The translations under genes were made by a program, and so were the position numbers. From Clostridia bacterium (GTDB taxonomy: Bacteria > Bacillota > Clostridia > Christensenellales > Aristaeellaceae), in the NCBI GenBank assembly GCA_024404275.1, contig JAKSQG010000031.1, positions 1 to 13,504 of the forward strand: 13,504 nucleotides of DNA. Direction: 5' to 3'. Shown here in pieces: positions 12,950 to 13,504 of the stretch (its first letter is position 1; each line of letters opens with the position of its first letter). Under the pieces are notes generated by a model. That model did not search any database and was not told the DNA's origin. It saw nothing but the letters and a program-made list of their open reading frames with translations.

Positions 12950-13504
12950 TTATTCGGTCTTGAAGCGGCTGTCGGCAGCGGCGCCCAGAGCATCAAAGTA
13001 ATCCTGCTTATACTTATCGGTGTTGACCTTGGCATCTTCAAAGTCGTAATCGATTACGTTGTCGGGATCCAGACCCATGTCATAAGCGACCTGAGGCTGC
13101 TCGGCATTGTCCAGAACCAGGAACTGGTAGGATTCATTGTCTTTAGCCATGTTGACGCAATCGGGGGACAGGGCATATTCCACCCACAACTTGGCGGCGT
13201 TGGGATGCTTGTTGCCGACGAAGATGGCGGTGGCGCCGATTTCGTAGGAGGTACCGGAAGCAGGGATGATCAGACCCACGTTGTCGTAGCCCTTCAGGAT
13301 CTGGGTGATGCCGTCATGCAGGAAGCCGACGCCGATGACGCACTCACCGATACCGACCTTCTTGGAGGGGCCGGAGCCGGACTTGGTGTACTGGGCAACG
13401 TTCTTATCCAGTTCGACGAAGTACTTCATGGCTTCGTCATGGCCCTTCATCTGAACCATGGTGTTGATGACCAGCTTGGCGGTGCCGGCGGTGTTGGGGT
13501 TGGA
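12950..13504 (-). CDS. Extracellular solute-binding protein of the Fe(III)/polyamine-type ABC importer (C-terminal part; the 5' end lies beyond the window)
   Basis: The frame stays open from 13459 to the window edge (SNPNTAGTAKLVINT precedes the ORF-track Met). The gene sits at the head of the permease/ATPase operon. Sequence features are typical of a periplasmic-binding-protein C-lobe. The substrate cannot be read from the sequence. Confidence 0.8.
   Translation of the reverse strand, partial: SNPNTAGTAKLVINTMVQMKGHDEAMKYFVELDKNVAQYTKSGSGPSKKVGIGECVIGVGFLHDGITQILKGYDNVGLIIPASGTSYEIGATAIFVGNKHPNAAKLWVEYALSPDCVNMAKDNESYQFLVLDNAEQPQVAYDMGLDPDNVIDYDFEDAKVNTDKYKQDYFDALGAAADSRFKTE

Noticed and set aside
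1-13504. Search for CRISPR arrays, tRNA or rRNA genes, IS elements, integrases, toxin-antitoxin or defence-system genes, and long direct or inverted repeats.
   Set aside because: I found none. All sizeable ORFs are accounted for by housekeeping or transport genes, and composition is uniform across the window apart from short AT-rich intergenic spacers. I see no evidence of an accessory or mobile island.

Overview
This is a chromosomal, housekeeping-type segment with no sign of an acquired island. GC-rich third codon positions, GGAGG ribosome-binding sites, S-box control of metK and an attenuator ahead of infC-rpmI-rplT fit a moderately high-GC Firmicute, probably Clostridia; that taxon call is inference only. 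I support 17 protein genes. On the + strand: a YegP/DUF1508 gene with a small helical-protein gene, a three-gene PF04392/COG2984-type ABC importer, and a DUF1294 gene. On the - strand: an orphan small protein, metK, a NusG-domain-II gene with a Gx-transporter gene, an aldo/keto reductase with a 2x[4Fe-4S] tail, infC-rpmI-rplT, and an Fe(III)/polyamine-type ABC importer whose binding-protein gene runs off the 3' edge. Hand-readable RNA and DNA signals include a textbook SAM-I riboswitch on metK, several TTGACA-17-TATAAT-class promoters, and intrinsic terminators, two of them bidirectional. An L20-leader-type attenuator also sits upstream of infC. I found no tRNA, rRNA, CRISPR array, transposase, integrase or long repeat. 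The best candidate for something undescribed is the roughly 150-nt structured leader (841-990) ahead of the COG2984-type ABC operon. It has a consensus promoter, a strong SD with a 27-codon F/Y-rich uORF, mutually exclusive antiterminator and terminator pairings, and no match I can recognise to a T-box or a common riboswitch. Secondary leads are a three-copy heptamer operator candidate around the reductase promoter, a probable ATA start for infC, and three conserved gene modules of unknown function. The long ORFs antisense to real genes in the ORF track are shadow ORFs.
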